A DNA stretch of 64,000 bases from Candidatus Desulfaltia sp. (GCA_030656555.1 JAUSPN010000028.1:2630-66629), one strand, 5' to 3'; positions 39,255-48,372 are shown, numbered from the stretch's first letter. Made by a program: numbers and translations. The notes: generated by a model not told the origin, from the sequence alone.

Positions 39255-39513
39255 AAGGAGCATTCATGAGTGAAAATGGAGTTGTTTTTGAGGCGATCCA
39301 GCAACTTATGACACCGCCAGTGAAACCACTTGGGTTAAAGGAAATGATTAATAGTGGTGGCGCAACTATGCGATATGAATTGCATTTTCAGATAAATTAA
39401 AAGTATAAAAGCTACGGCCAACTTCCTTACGGTCGCTGCGAAGCACTGCTGTCAGGCAGAACATCCCTTGTAGCTTGCTTGGTACAGGGTTCTTCAACAA
39501 AATGGATATTATC

Positions 39514-40014
39514 ATGAAAAAAATTATCATTGGTGTTATGGGCGGCGGACGTGTTTCAGATGAAGACATGCAAAATGCTTGTCGACTTGGAAGGCTCATC
39601 GCCGAATCTGGTTGGGTTTTGTTAAACGGAGGTAGAAATACTGGCATAATGGAGGCTTCTGCAAAAGGTGCAAAGGAAGCTGGAGGATTAACTATAGGTA
39701 TTCTTCCTGATAAAGATGGCCGTAACGCGTCTAAATATATTGACATCCAGATTAGAACCGGCGCCAACGATGCACGAAATTATTATAATGTGCTGTCTAG
39801 CGATGTTGTTGTCGCATGCAAAGGAAGAGCGGGAACAATATCAGAGATTGCGTTGGCGCTTAAAAATAAAAAAAATGTCATTCTAATGGATTTTGATTTA
39901 GGGTCGGCTTTTTTTGAATATGAGCAAGAAGGCTTGCTGCACAAGGCGCAATCACCTGAAGACGCAGTTAACAAAGTCAAAGAAATACTGAATAAAATAG
40001 CAGTAACCATATAA
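39514..40014 (+). CDS. TIGR00725/LOG-family Rossmann-fold protein
   Basis: KKIIIGVMGGG...LLNGGRNTGIMEASAKGAKEAGG...GRAGTISEIALAL. Met at 39514 preferred. Confidence 0.7.
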   Translation: MKKIIIGVMGGGRVSDEDMQNACRLGRLIAESGWVLLNGGRNTGIMEASAKGAKEAGGLTIGILPDKDGRNASKYIDIQIRTGANDARNYYNVLSSDVVVACKGRAGTISEIALALKNKKNVILMDFDLGSAFFEYEQEGLLHKAQSPEDAVNKVKEILNKIAVTI

Positions 40015-40145
40015 ATGTATTTCTGGAAAGCCCAACGAATGCATTGAGGTGGATTTCAACGACTTCTAAGGATGTTAAAAAAACTCTTGACAAAAAATAA
40101 TAATAATATAAAAAGCTAAAGAACTTACAAAAAGGTAGATTAATA

Positions 40146-40220
40146 ATGAATAATTTCTCAGGCAACTATTTTGGTTTTTATTGGTATTTTTATAATACCG
40201 GGTTGCCTGAGGTGCGTTGA
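40146..40220 (+). promoter_or_regulatory. aromatic-rich leader peptide ORF (24 codons) of the aro operon
   Basis: MNNFSGNYFGFYWYFYNTGLPEVR: 4 Phe, 4 Tyr and 1 Trp. Lies between a TTGACA box (40087..40092) and the terminator hairpins. Confidence 0.6.
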
Positions 40221-40245
40221 CACTACCTAAAAAACAATTAAACGC

Positions 40246-40330
40246 AAAAAGCCGTGGGCAAACCTTAAAACCCACGGCTTTTTTTGTGTAAAAAAGGCCG
40301 TGGAGAATAAAATGCTTCATGGCCTTTTTT
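40246..40330 (+). terminator. two tandem intrinsic terminators with alternative pairing (attenuator)
   Basis: GCCGTGGG/CCCACGGC + T7 (40251..40285) and GGCCGTGGA/TTCATGGCC + T6 (40296..40330). CCACGGC (40272..78) can alternatively pair with GCCGTGG (40297..303). Confidence 0.65.
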
Positions 40331-40349
40331 GCACAAAAGGGGGTATGTT

Positions 40350-41147
40350 ATGACGATTTTAGGAAAACGGATTAGGTTGGAACGTATAATTAACCGTAAT
40401 ACGCGCAAAACGGTAATTGTTCCAATGGACCATGGCATTTCAGTTGGCCCTATTGACGGCCTGCTGGATATGAAGAGTATAATACAAAAAGTGACTGAAG
40501 GTGGAGCAAATGCCATCGTTATACACAAGGGCCTTGTAAGCGAAGGCCATCGCGAAAAGGGTGAAGATATAGGCTTGATCTTGCATTTGTCAGCATCTAC
40601 CAGCCTTTCCCCCTATCCCAACGCTAAAACCCTGGTCTGTTCAGTTGAAGAGGCTGTAAAGCTTGGCGCAGATGCAGTATCCATACATGTAAATCTGGGA
40701 AATGGCGGTGAAAAAGAGATGTTAAATGATTTTGGCAGAGTGAGTTATGAGGCTCGCACATGGGGCATGCCGCTCCTTGCCATGATTTATCCACGTGGCG
40801 AGAAGATCAAGGATGAGTATGATGTTAAGGTAATAAAGCATGCGGCGCGTGTTGGATGTGAAATGGGAGCCGATATTGTTAAGGTTTCATACACAGGCTC
40901 TGTAGAGACCTTTAAAGAGGTTGTCGACGGCTGTTCGGTTCCTGTGGTAATTGCAGGCGGTGCTAAAATGGATTCAGACAGGGACATATTGGAAATGGTA
41001 AAGGGCGCAATTGATGCAGGCGGCGGCGGTGTTTCCATCGGTCGCAACGTCTTTCAACACAAATATCCTGATAGAATGGTAAGAGCTATTTCAGGTATTG
41101 TTAATGATGGACTAAGCGTGGAAGAAGGTCTGAAAATTTTGGAATAA
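40350..41147 (+). CDS. aroA': 2-amino-3,7-dideoxy-D-threo-hept-6-ulosonate synthase (class I aldolase family, archaeal-type AroA')
   Basis: [34 protein letters not shown] and the KVSY Schiff-base lysine region. SD AAGGGGG. Followed by DHQ synthase II. Confidence 0.8.
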   Translation: MTILGKRIRLERIINRNTRKTVIVPMDHGISVGPIDGLLDMKSIIQKVTEGGANAIVIHKGLVSEGHREKGEDIGLILHLSASTSLSPYPNAKTLVCSVEEAVKLGADAVSIHVNLGNGGEKEMLNDFGRVSYEARTWGMPLLAMIYPRGEKIKDEYDVKVIKHAARVGCEMGADIVKVSYTGSVETFKEVVDGCSVPVVIAGGAKMDSDRDILEMVKGAIDAGGGGVSIGRNVFQHKYPDRMVRAISGIVNDGLSVEEGLKILE

Positions 41148-41158
41148 GGATATATACA

Positions 41159-42151
41159 ATGAAAAAAATCTGGGTAAAGGTGGACCCTTGGAACAAGAAA
41201 ATGGTAACAACCGCTCTTGAAGGTGGGGCGGACGGTATAATGGTTCCAAAGGGATATAGTAAAAAAGTCAAGGAGCTTGGCATAATAGAAACAATCTCAG
41301 AAGACGGCGACTTAAAGCCTGGTAAGGATGTGGTCTTTTTTACAATAAAAAGCGGAAAGGACGAAGAAGAGATTGTTAAGCTCTGTCAGAATAAAAAGGT
41401 GATTCTTGAGTGCAGCGACTGGACGGTGATTCCTCTTGAAAATCTGATAGCAAAAGGGGCTGATGTAATAGCGCAGGTTCATAATTTTACAGAGGCACAG
41501 ACAGCGCTTGGCGTTCTGGAAAAAGGGGTAAACCATATACTGTTTCATACCACCGATGTAATTGAGCTTAAAAAAGCTCTTTCCCTGATTAAAGCGGTTG
41601 AGGATAAAACCGTTCTTAAGGAGGCCGAGATTGTCGAAATAACTCCTGTTGGAATGGGGGACAGGGTGTGTGTGGACACATGCACTTCAATGACTTCAGG
41701 GCGGGGGATTCTGGTCGGCAACAGCAGCAGCGCCTTATTTCTTGTTCATGCTGAAACTGTTTCCAATCCTTATGTTGCTCCAAGGCCGTTCAGAATAAAT
41801 GCCGGACCGGTTCATGCATACACAAGGGTTCCAGGCGGAAAAACCAGATACCTTTCAGAGCTTTCAGCAGGAGATCATGTATTAATTGTTGATTTTCAGG
41901 GAAACACATCTGTCGGTACTGTCGGGCGCTTAAAGATTGAAAAACGCCCTTTAATGCTGATTAAGGCGGTTGTCGGCGATCTGAAGATAACGACCATCCT
42001 TCAAAATGCGGAAACAATCCGGTTGACCAACCCCAAAGGTAAGCCCGTGTCGGTCGTAAGCCTTTTACCCGGCGATAAGGTTTTAGTGGCTGTTGAGGAA
42101 TGCGGCAGGCACTTTGGTCATAAAATAGATGAAACTATAACTGAAAAGTAA
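41159..42151 (+). CDS. aroB': 3-dehydroquinate synthase type II (archaeal-type AroB')
   Basis: MKKIWVKVDPWNKKMVTTALEGGADGIMV N-terminus, ~330 aa, paired with aroA'. Confidence 0.8.
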   Translation: MKKIWVKVDPWNKKMVTTALEGGADGIMVPKGYSKKVKELGIIETISEDGDLKPGKDVVFFTIKSGKDEEEIVKLCQNKKVILECSDWTVIPLENLIAKGADVIAQVHNFTEAQTALGVLEKGVNHILFHTTDVIELKKALSLIKAVEDKTVLKEAEIVEITPVGMGDRVCVDTCTSMTSGRGILVGNSSSALFLVHAETVSNPYVAPRPFRINAGPVHAYTRVPGGKTRYLSELSAGDHVLIVDFQGNTSVGTVGRLKIEKRPLMLIKAVVGDLKITTILQNAETIRLTNPKGKPVSVVSLLPGDKVLVAVEECGRHFGHKIDETITEK

Positions 42152-42219
42152 TTGTAACCGTTCACAATTACCTTGAACCACTCGATCAAATACGGAACAA
42201 AGCGGAGCTACGTTCTATT

Positions 42220-43317
42220 ATGACAAAACATGAAACAATAAACAAAGAGTCCGATATTGATTTGAGGAGAGCTTCCATAGATAAAATCGATATGGAACTT
42301 CTTGATTTAATTAACAAGAGGCTTTTACTTGCAAAGCATATAGGGACAATCAAAAAGCAGAAAGGTGAAAACGTTTTAGACCCTGCTCGTGAAAGCAATA
42401 TAATAAACAGGCTTTTAAGTTTAAACAAAGGCCCGTTAAGCAAGAAGGCGCTTCACAATGTCTTTGCAGAGATAATCGCTTCATCCCGCGAAGTTCAAAA
42501 AAAGGAAACTATAACATATCTTGGCCCGGAAGCTACATTTACGCACATTGCAGCTATGAACCATTTTGGGCATACGGTTTCCTTTGTCCCGCAGACCAGC
42601 ATCCGTGATATATTCGGCGAGGTGGAAAAAGGCGCCTGTACTTATGGGGTCGTTCCAGTTGAGAATTCAATTGAAGGCACTGTCAATTATACTCTGGATC
42701 TTTTTTTTGAATCCAATCTCAAAATATGTGCCGAGATATACCATGCAATTTCTCATGATCTGTTATCGAAAACGGGCAGGCTGGAGGATATCAGAGTGAT
42801 CTATTCTCATCCTCATGTATTTCCACAGTGCCGCAAATGGATCGGAAAACACCTTCCTGATTCCGTGCTTGAGGAATGCAGCAGCACGGCTCGCGCCGCC
42901 CAAAAAGCGTTGGAAAACCCAGGATCGGCGGCAATCGCATCCAGTGAAGCGGCGCAGATGTATGGCCTGAATGTGGTTGCTTCCAGGATCGAGGATTTTT
43001 CAAGGAATGTAACAAGGTTTCTTGTGATCGGGCATGATGATATACACAAAACAGGAAACGACAAGACTTCGATTATGTTTGTCACGGCTCATGTTCCGGG
43101 AGCGCTCTATAAAGCTTTAGCGCCTATTGCGGAATCCGGTATCAATATGGTAAAACTTGAATCCAGACCGACAAAATATGAAAACTGGAACTACTTTTTC
43201 TTTGTTGACCTTGAAGGACATATCGAAGACCCAAACGTAAAAGAAACAGTGGACAGGATGAAAAGTCTCTGTATGTATATTAAATATCTTGGTTCATATC
43301 CAAGGGCAAAGAGATAG
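42220..43317 (+). CDS. pheA: bifunctional chorismate mutase / prephenate dehydratase
   Basis: N-terminal CM domain (RRASIDKIDMELLDLINKRLLLAKHIG), PDT domain (ITYLGPEATFTH) and C-terminal ACT (ESRP). Confidence 0.9.
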   Translation: MTKHETINKESDIDLRRASIDKIDMELLDLINKRLLLAKHIGTIKKQKGENVLDPARESNIINRLLSLNKGPLSKKALHNVFAEIIASSREVQKKETITYLGPEATFTHIAAMNHFGHTVSFVPQTSIRDIFGEVEKGACTYGVVPVENSIEGTVNYTLDLFFESNLKICAEIYHAISHDLLSKTGRLEDIRVIYSHPHVFPQCRKWIGKHLPDSVLEECSSTARAAQKALENPGSAAIASSEAAQMYGLNVVASRIEDFSRNVTRFLVIGHDDIHKTGNDKTSIMFVTAHVPGALYKALAPIAESGINMVKLESRPTKYENWNYFFFVDLEGHIEDPNVKETVDRMKSLCMYIKYLGSYPRAKR

Positions 43318-43327
43318 AGGGGAGAAT

Positions 43328-44152
43328 ATGCAAACGATTGATTCAAACACCTTTTTATATGCAGTGCTTGGAGACCCTGTGTCTCACAGCTTAAGTCCTT
43401 TCATGTATAATAGTGCATTTATTCACATAGGCTACAACGGAGTATATCTTGCGTTTAATGTAAAAGGCAGAGAGCTTGCTTCCGCAATCAGTGGAATAAA
43501 GGCGCTTGGCATAAGGGGCGCCAGCATTACGATTCCTCATAAGGTTGCTGTAATGGAGTTTCTTGATGAACTGGATGAAAAAGCCTTAAAAATCGGCGCG
43601 GTTAATACCATTGTTAACAGAGACGGCAAACTTTTTGGCTATAATACAGATTGTCTTGGTGCTACAAATGCATTATTGGAAAAGACAGACATTAAAGATA
43701 AGGATGTGGTTATTTTAGGCTCTGGCGGGGCTGCGCGTGCAATAGGCTTTGGAATAGTATCAGAAGGTGGAAAATTAACGATATTAGGTGTTTTAAAAGA
43801 CGAAGGAGAAAAGCTGGCAAAGGACCTTGGTGTTAATTATTACCATCTTTCAGAGCTTGGAAATATTGATTGCAGTATCCTGATTAATGCGACTCCTGTA
43901 GGAATGACACCGGACACAAAAGCAATGCCGGTACAAAGACAAGACTTAAAAAAAGAGATGGTCGTCATGGATATTGTTTATAATCCAATAAAAACCCGCC
44001 TGTTAAAAGAGGCCGAGGATCTTGGCTGCATTACTGTAGATGGTGCTTCAATGTTTGTATATCAGGGAGTAGCTCAGTTTGAAATGTGGACCGAAAAAAA
44101 AGCGCCTGTGGATATAATGAGAAATACTGTGATGGCTGCGCTCGGAAAATGA
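43328..44152 (+). CDS. aroE: shikimate dehydrogenase
   Basis: LGDPVSHSLSPFMYN, SITIPHK, GAVNT and GSGGAARA motifs. Met at 43328 preferred. Confidence 0.9.
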   Translation: MQTIDSNTFLYAVLGDPVSHSLSPFMYNSAFIHIGYNGVYLAFNVKGRELASAISGIKALGIRGASITIPHKVAVMEFLDELDEKALKIGAVNTIVNRDGKLFGYNTDCLGATNALLEKTDIKDKDVVILGSGGAARAIGFGIVSEGGKLTILGVLKDEGEKLAKDLGVNYYHLSELGNIDCSILINATPVGMTPDTKAMPVQRQDLKKEMVVMDIVYNPIKTRLLKEAEDLGCITVDGASMFVYQGVAQFEMWTEKKAPVDIMRNTVMAALGK

Positions 44153-45411
44153 TCGAGATAAAATCACAAAAAACAAAAAAGCGCGTTGAAATTACAGTTC
44201 CAGGCTCAAAGAGCTATACGCACAGGATTCTGATCGCAGCGGCTCTGTCTGATGGAATCTGCGTTCTGCAGAACTGCCTGAAAAGTCAAGATACCTTGCT
44301 TACCCTGAATGCTCTCAGACAACTTGGCGTCAAAATAGAGGAACGTGAGAACAAAATAGAGGTGCATGGGACAAGTGGAGCGTTAAAGCCATGCAGCGAT
44401 CCTGTCTATCTTGGAAATTCCGGAACATCCATGCGTTTTTTAACTGGAGTGGCCGCGCTTGGAGAAGGTATATATACGCTTACAGGCACAGAGCGCATGC
44501 TTGAAAGACCTGTTGGCGATCTTTTAGACGGTTTGAACCAGATCGGAGTTTTTGCCCGCAGCATTAACAAGAATGGATGCCCTCCGGTTGAGATAAAGGG
44601 GGGGAAAGTAAAGGGCGGCGCTTTGTCGCTGAAATGCAAGATAAGCAGCCAGTATCTTTCATCCCTTCTTTTAATAGCGCCGTATACAAAAGATGGTCTT
44701 ACAATAACTGTTACGCAAGGTCCTGTTTCCAGACCATATGTGGATATGACCGTTGATATAATGGCAAGGTTTGGAGTTAAGGTTCTGCGTGATGGATACA
44801 GAAGGTTTGCGATCGATGGCCGGCAGACATACAGGGCGGGTTCGTATATGGTGGAACCGGATTGCTCACAGGCAGGATATTTCTGGGCTGCTGCCGCCAT
44901 AACCGGATCAAGGATCAAGGTTAAAGGGATTGCAAAAACGTCACGGCAGGGCGATGTCCGTTTTACAGAAGTACTTGAAGCAATGGGATGCAGGATATTT
45001 CATGAAAAGGACGGAATCGCCGTTTCCGGAGGGGAACTTTCTGCCGTTGAGGTTGACATGGCTGACATGCCGGATATAGTTCCGACCCTGGCTGTTGTCG
45101 CGGCTTTTGCCAAAGGTACAACTCTTATTAAAAACGTGGCGCATTTGAAGGCAAAGGAAAGTGATCGCCTGGCCGCTGTGGTTAATGAGCTTTCAAAGAT
45201 GGGTATCAAAGCAAGCTGCAATGATACCGGTTTAGCTATCAAAGGCGGCAGGCCTTGCGGTGCCGTGATTGATACATACGGGGATCATAGAATAGCTATG
45301 AGTTTTGCGCTTGCAGGGCTTAAAGTTCCCGGAATTGTCATCAAGGACGAAAGCTGTGTTGAAAAGTCTTTTCCTGATTTCTGGAATGTTTTTGAAAGGT
45401 TACATGAATGA
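44149..45411 (+). CDS. aroA: 3-phosphoshikimate 1-carboxyvinyltransferase (EPSP synthase)
   Basis: VPGSKSYTHR, LGNSGTSMRFL, KESDR and DHRIAMSF motifs. ATGA overlap with the aroE stop. Confidence 0.9.
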   Translation: MIEIKSQKTKKRVEITVPGSKSYTHRILIAAALSDGICVLQNCLKSQDTLLTLNALRQLGVKIEERENKIEVHGTSGALKPCSDPVYLGNSGTSMRFLTGVAALGEGIYTLTGTERMLERPVGDLLDGLNQIGVFARSINKNGCPPVEIKGGKVKGGALSLKCKISSQYLSSLLLIAPYTKDGLTITVTQGPVSRPYVDMTVDIMARFGVKVLRDGYRRFAIDGRQTYRAGSYMVEPDCSQAGYFWAAAAITGSRIKVKGIAKTSRQGDVRFTEVLEAMGCRIFHEKDGIAVSGGELSAVEVDMADMPDIVPTLAVVAAFAKGTTLIKNVAHLKAKESDRLAAVVNELSKMGIKASCNDTGLAIKGGRPCGAVIDTYGDHRIAMSFALAGLKVPGIVIKDESCVEKSFPDFWNVFERLHE

Positions 45412-45926
45412 TGAACATATATTTGACAGGATTCAGGTGCACAGGTAAAACTTGTGTAGGAAAATCTCTTGCTCAGGCACTTGGATGGTCATTTATTGAT
45501 GCTGATTTGGAACTGGTTGACAGGTATGGTATGACGATCGCTGAAATTGTATCCAAAGAGGGATGGAGTTCGTTTCGCGAAAAGGAAAAAGCTGTTCTCA
45601 AGGAGATTGGAGCTCTTGATAAACATATAATAGCAACAGGAGGCGGTGTTATCCTCGACATTGAGAATGTAAAGCTGATGAAAAACAGCGGAACGATTAT
45701 ATGGTTGAAAGCAACGCCTGAAACCATTAAAGAAAGAATTTTGCAGGATCAAAACACAGAAGAGCTGCGCCCCTCTTTAACATCAAAGGGTCTGGTTGAA
45801 GAGATCGAAGAAACTCTTTCGGATCGAAAGCCACTTTATGAAAGCGCTATGGATTTTTCTGTTGATACGGACAATCGCAGTATAGACGATATATGCGGGA
45901 GGATTATCAGGAAGTTAAAATTTTAA
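45408..45926 (+). CDS. aroK: shikimate kinase
   Basis: 172 aa with P-loop GFRCTGKT, FRxxE and GGG motifs. Overlaps the aroA stop. Confidence 0.85.
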   Translation: MMNIYLTGFRCTGKTCVGKSLAQALGWSFIDADLELVDRYGMTIAEIVSKEGWSSFREKEKAVLKEIGALDKHIIATGGGVILDIENVKLMKNSGTIIWLKATPETIKERILQDQNTEELRPSLTSKGLVEEIEETLSDRKPLYESAMDFSVDTDNRSIDDICGRIIRKLKF

Positions 45927-45948
45927 AGCGTTTAACCTGTTTTTTATT

Positions 45949-46146
45949 CACCGCAGAGCCGCAGAGGACGCAAAGAAGTTTATTTTTTTAAATTGTCGTG
46001 AGAGGCGACAATTTAAAAACCAAGCTGTCTAAATACAATATATTCTTGATATGATAATTTTAATAATGCGTTTCTTTTTGTTTTCCGTCCTCTCAACGGA
46101 AAACAAAAAAATCTTTAACCTCAGCGTCCTTTGCGGCTCTGCGGTG
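45949..46146. repeat. 198-bp two-fold symmetric MITE-like palindromic element
   Basis: 23-nt terminal inverted repeats CACCGCAGAGCCGCAGAGGACGC / GCGTCCTTTGCGGCTCTGCGGTG. Each half contains a subterminal hairpin with loop TGAGAGG read inward (45990..46014 and 46075..46109). Confidence 0.7.
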
Positions 46147-46199
46147 TTTTTTTCTGACATAAAATACAAAACTTATCAATTGACTACAAGGGAGCTAAC

Positions 46200-47252
46200 A
46201 TGCCTGGAAACAGTTTTGGAAAATTATTCAAAATAACGACATGGGGTGAGTCGCATGGAATAAGTGTCGGGGTTGTCATTGACGGATGCCCGCCGAAAAT
46301 ACCGCTTGATGAGGAGATTATCCAGAATATGCTTGACCGCAGACGACCCGGCGGGTCGCCCGCCAGCACCGGCAGGCAGGAGCCGGACAAAGCTGTTATC
46401 ATGTCCGGCCTGTTTGAAGGCATGACTACCGGTACCCCTATAATGATTATGGTTTACAATAAAGACGCGGATTCAAGAGCTTATGAGAAGTATGCAGAAC
46501 TTTTTCGGCCCGGTCACGGGGATATAACATACATGGCTAAGTACGGAATACGTGACTGGTGCGGAGGGGGCAGGGCGTCTGCGCGGGAAACAGTGGCAAG
46601 GGTGGCTGCCGGAGCTGTTGCAAAGGCTATTCTTGACAGGAGTAAAATCAAGGTCGTTGCTTATACTATCGAGCTTGGCAAAGTAAAGGCTAAAAAGCGG
46701 GATCTTGGTGTGATCGACCGAAACATGTTTTGCTGCCCTGATATGGCTGCTGCTGAAAAGATGGAAAAACGGGTTATAAGCGTAAAAAAAGAAGGGGATT
46801 CAATAGGAGGAATTGTGGAAATCCTGGCAAAAGGGGTTTGCCCGGGTTTGGGAGAACCGGTATTTGATAAACTTGACGCAGAACTGGCAAAAGCTCTGAT
46901 GAGCATCGGGGCGGTCAAGGGCGTGGAGATAGGTTCCGGTTTTAAAGCTGCGGCTATGAAGGGTTCTGAAAACAATGATCCCATAACGCCCAAAGGCTTT
47001 TCCACAAACAATGCCGGCGGTATTCTGGCGGGCATATCCAATGGAGATGATATTGTAATACGTGTTGCTGTTAAACCGATACCTTCTATAAAGATTAAGC
47101 AGGATACGATCGACTGGTCAGGAAATTCAAGAACCATCTCAACAAAAGGGAGACACGATATTTCGGCAATACCGCGTATTAATGTCGTATGCGAGGCAAT
47201 GGTATCGCTTGTGCTTGCTGATCATCTGCTAAGACAAAGGGCTATTCAATGA
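46200..47252 (+). CDS. aroC: chorismate synthase
   Basis: TTWGESHG, RRRPG and GGGRASARET motifs. Confidence 0.9.
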   Translation: MPGNSFGKLFKITTWGESHGISVGVVIDGCPPKIPLDEEIIQNMLDRRRPGGSPASTGRQEPDKAVIMSGLFEGMTTGTPIMIMVYNKDADSRAYEKYAELFRPGHGDITYMAKYGIRDWCGGGRASARETVARVAAGAVAKAILDRSKIKVVAYTIELGKVKAKKRDLGVIDRNMFCCPDMAAAEKMEKRVISVKKEGDSIGGIVEILAKGVCPGLGEPVFDKLDAELAKALMSIGAVKGVEIGSGFKAAAMKGSENNDPITPKGFSTNNAGGILAGISNGDDIVIRVAVKPIPSIKIKQDTIDWSGNSRTISTKGRHDISAIPRINVVCEAMVSLVLADHLLRQRAIQ

Positions 47253-48088
47253 GCGATATTACTATAGGCATAATAGGCGGGACCGGCAACATGGGTCGTT
47301 GGTTTAAGGATTTTTTTTCAGAGGCAGGCCATAGTGTTTTGATTTCAGGAAGAAAAACGTCGCTTTCACATTTGGATATAGCAAAAAAGAGTGATGTTGT
47401 GATCCTGAGTGTGCCCATTGATGTTGCAATACGCCTTTCAGAGGAGATCGGGCCGATTTTAAGCCAGGATCAGGTTTTGATGGATTTATGTTCTCTCAAA
47501 GAAACTGTTTTGGAAAGCATGCTGCGTTTTACACAGGCTCAGGTTGTTGGAACACATCCTTTGTTCGGCCCTTTTACAGATTCGATAAAAGGGCAGAATA
47601 TTATTATATGCCCTGGCAGGGGAACCGGATGGCTAAAATGGCTGGAAAATGAGCTGCGTGAAAAAGGGGCCGTGGTTACCCGTATGGATCCGGTTACACA
47701 CGACAGGAATATGGCCGTTGTCCAGGGGCTTACCCATTTTTTAACCGTTTGCATGGGTAGAACTCTTCAAAAGATGAACATGCCTCCTGATGAGGTAATG
47801 TTTTATTCAACCCCTGTTTTCAGGCTGAAGATGAATCTGATAGGCCGTCTTTTTTCACAGGATCCAGGTCTTTATGTAAGCCTGATCGGTGAAAACAGAC
47901 ATGTTGAAGATGTCTTGGCAACCTTTATGTCTATAATTGGTGAAGCAAAGGAATCGCTTCTGTCCGGCCGGAAGGGCGGGGCAACAGCTTATCTGGATGA
48001 TATCCACAGCTTTCTTGGGGATTTTTGTCAGGATGGTCTTGATGAGAGCAATAAAACCTTAAATACTCTTTATAGCAACAACAAATGA
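47249..48088 (+). CDS. tyrA: prephenate dehydrogenase
   Basis: N-terminal GIIGGTGNMG Rossmann motif and HPLFGP. Overlaps the aroC stop. Confidence 0.8.
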   Translation: MSDITIGIIGGTGNMGRWFKDFFSEAGHSVLISGRKTSLSHLDIAKKSDVVILSVPIDVAIRLSEEIGPILSQDQVLMDLCSLKETVLESMLRFTQAQVVGTHPLFGPFTDSIKGQNIIICPGRGTGWLKWLENELREKGAVVTRMDPVTHDRNMAVVQGLTHFLTVCMGRTLQKMNMPPDEVMFYSTPVFRLKMNLIGRLFSQDPGLYVSLIGENRHVEDVLATFMSIIGEAKESLLSGRKGGATAYLDDIHSFLGDFCQDGLDESNKTLNTLYSNNK

Positions 48089-48162
48089 TGCAACAGTTTA
48101 ACTGCTAAGGCACAACTGTTAGACATAATTGATAATACTAATTTCAGGTCTTTGTGATTTAA

Positions 48163-48372
48163 CTATTGCCGATTTCTCACATAACCCTCAAAATCCTTTT
48201 CTAAAAGAAAACGAGATACCATTTCTTCTACCTTCTGTGCGGTATCGATACGATAAATCCCTTTTTCGTCACGACCCGCTTTTTCTTTTGCATTTTCAAC
48301 AATCATTTTAAGGGATTCTGTAGTCATTTCTATATTCACGCAAACGGTAATGGTATCCTTTGATTCTGCCAT
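48163..48372 (-). CDS. 69-aa hypothetical protein downstream of glnD
   Basis: TGAGGT SD 8 nt before the ATG. Same strand as glnD, 28 nt after its stop. No family recognised. Confidence 0.4.
   Translation of the reverse strand: MAESKDTITVCVNIEMTTESLKMIVENAKEKAGRDEKGIYRIDTAQKVEEMVSRFLLEKDFEGYVRNRQ

Noticed and set aside
38708-39304. 198-aa minus-strand ORF
   Set aside because: It is antisense to the signal-peptide-bearing Ala/Lys-rich gene, a terminator and the HsdS remnant. Its Ala/Phe-rich repeat is simply the mirror of the + strand low-complexity codons. There is no SD.
39266-39400. 44-codon ORF with a good SD (MSENGVVFEAIQQLMTPPVKPLGLKEMINSGGATMRYELHFQIN) after the HsdS remnant
   Set aside because: It is plausibly the 5' stub of another eroded island gene cut by the IS200-end remnant at ~39415. 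No family was recognised and it is too short to annotate.
39366-39767. 133-aa minus-strand ORF
   Set aside because: It is antisense to the 5' half of the LOG-family gene and runs through the IS200-end remnant. The + strand product has clear family motifs and this one has none.
46051-46236. 61-aa ORF between aroK and aroC
   Set aside because: It consists of the right half of the palindromic MITE-like element and runs into the aroC start. It has no SD and no coding-like composition.
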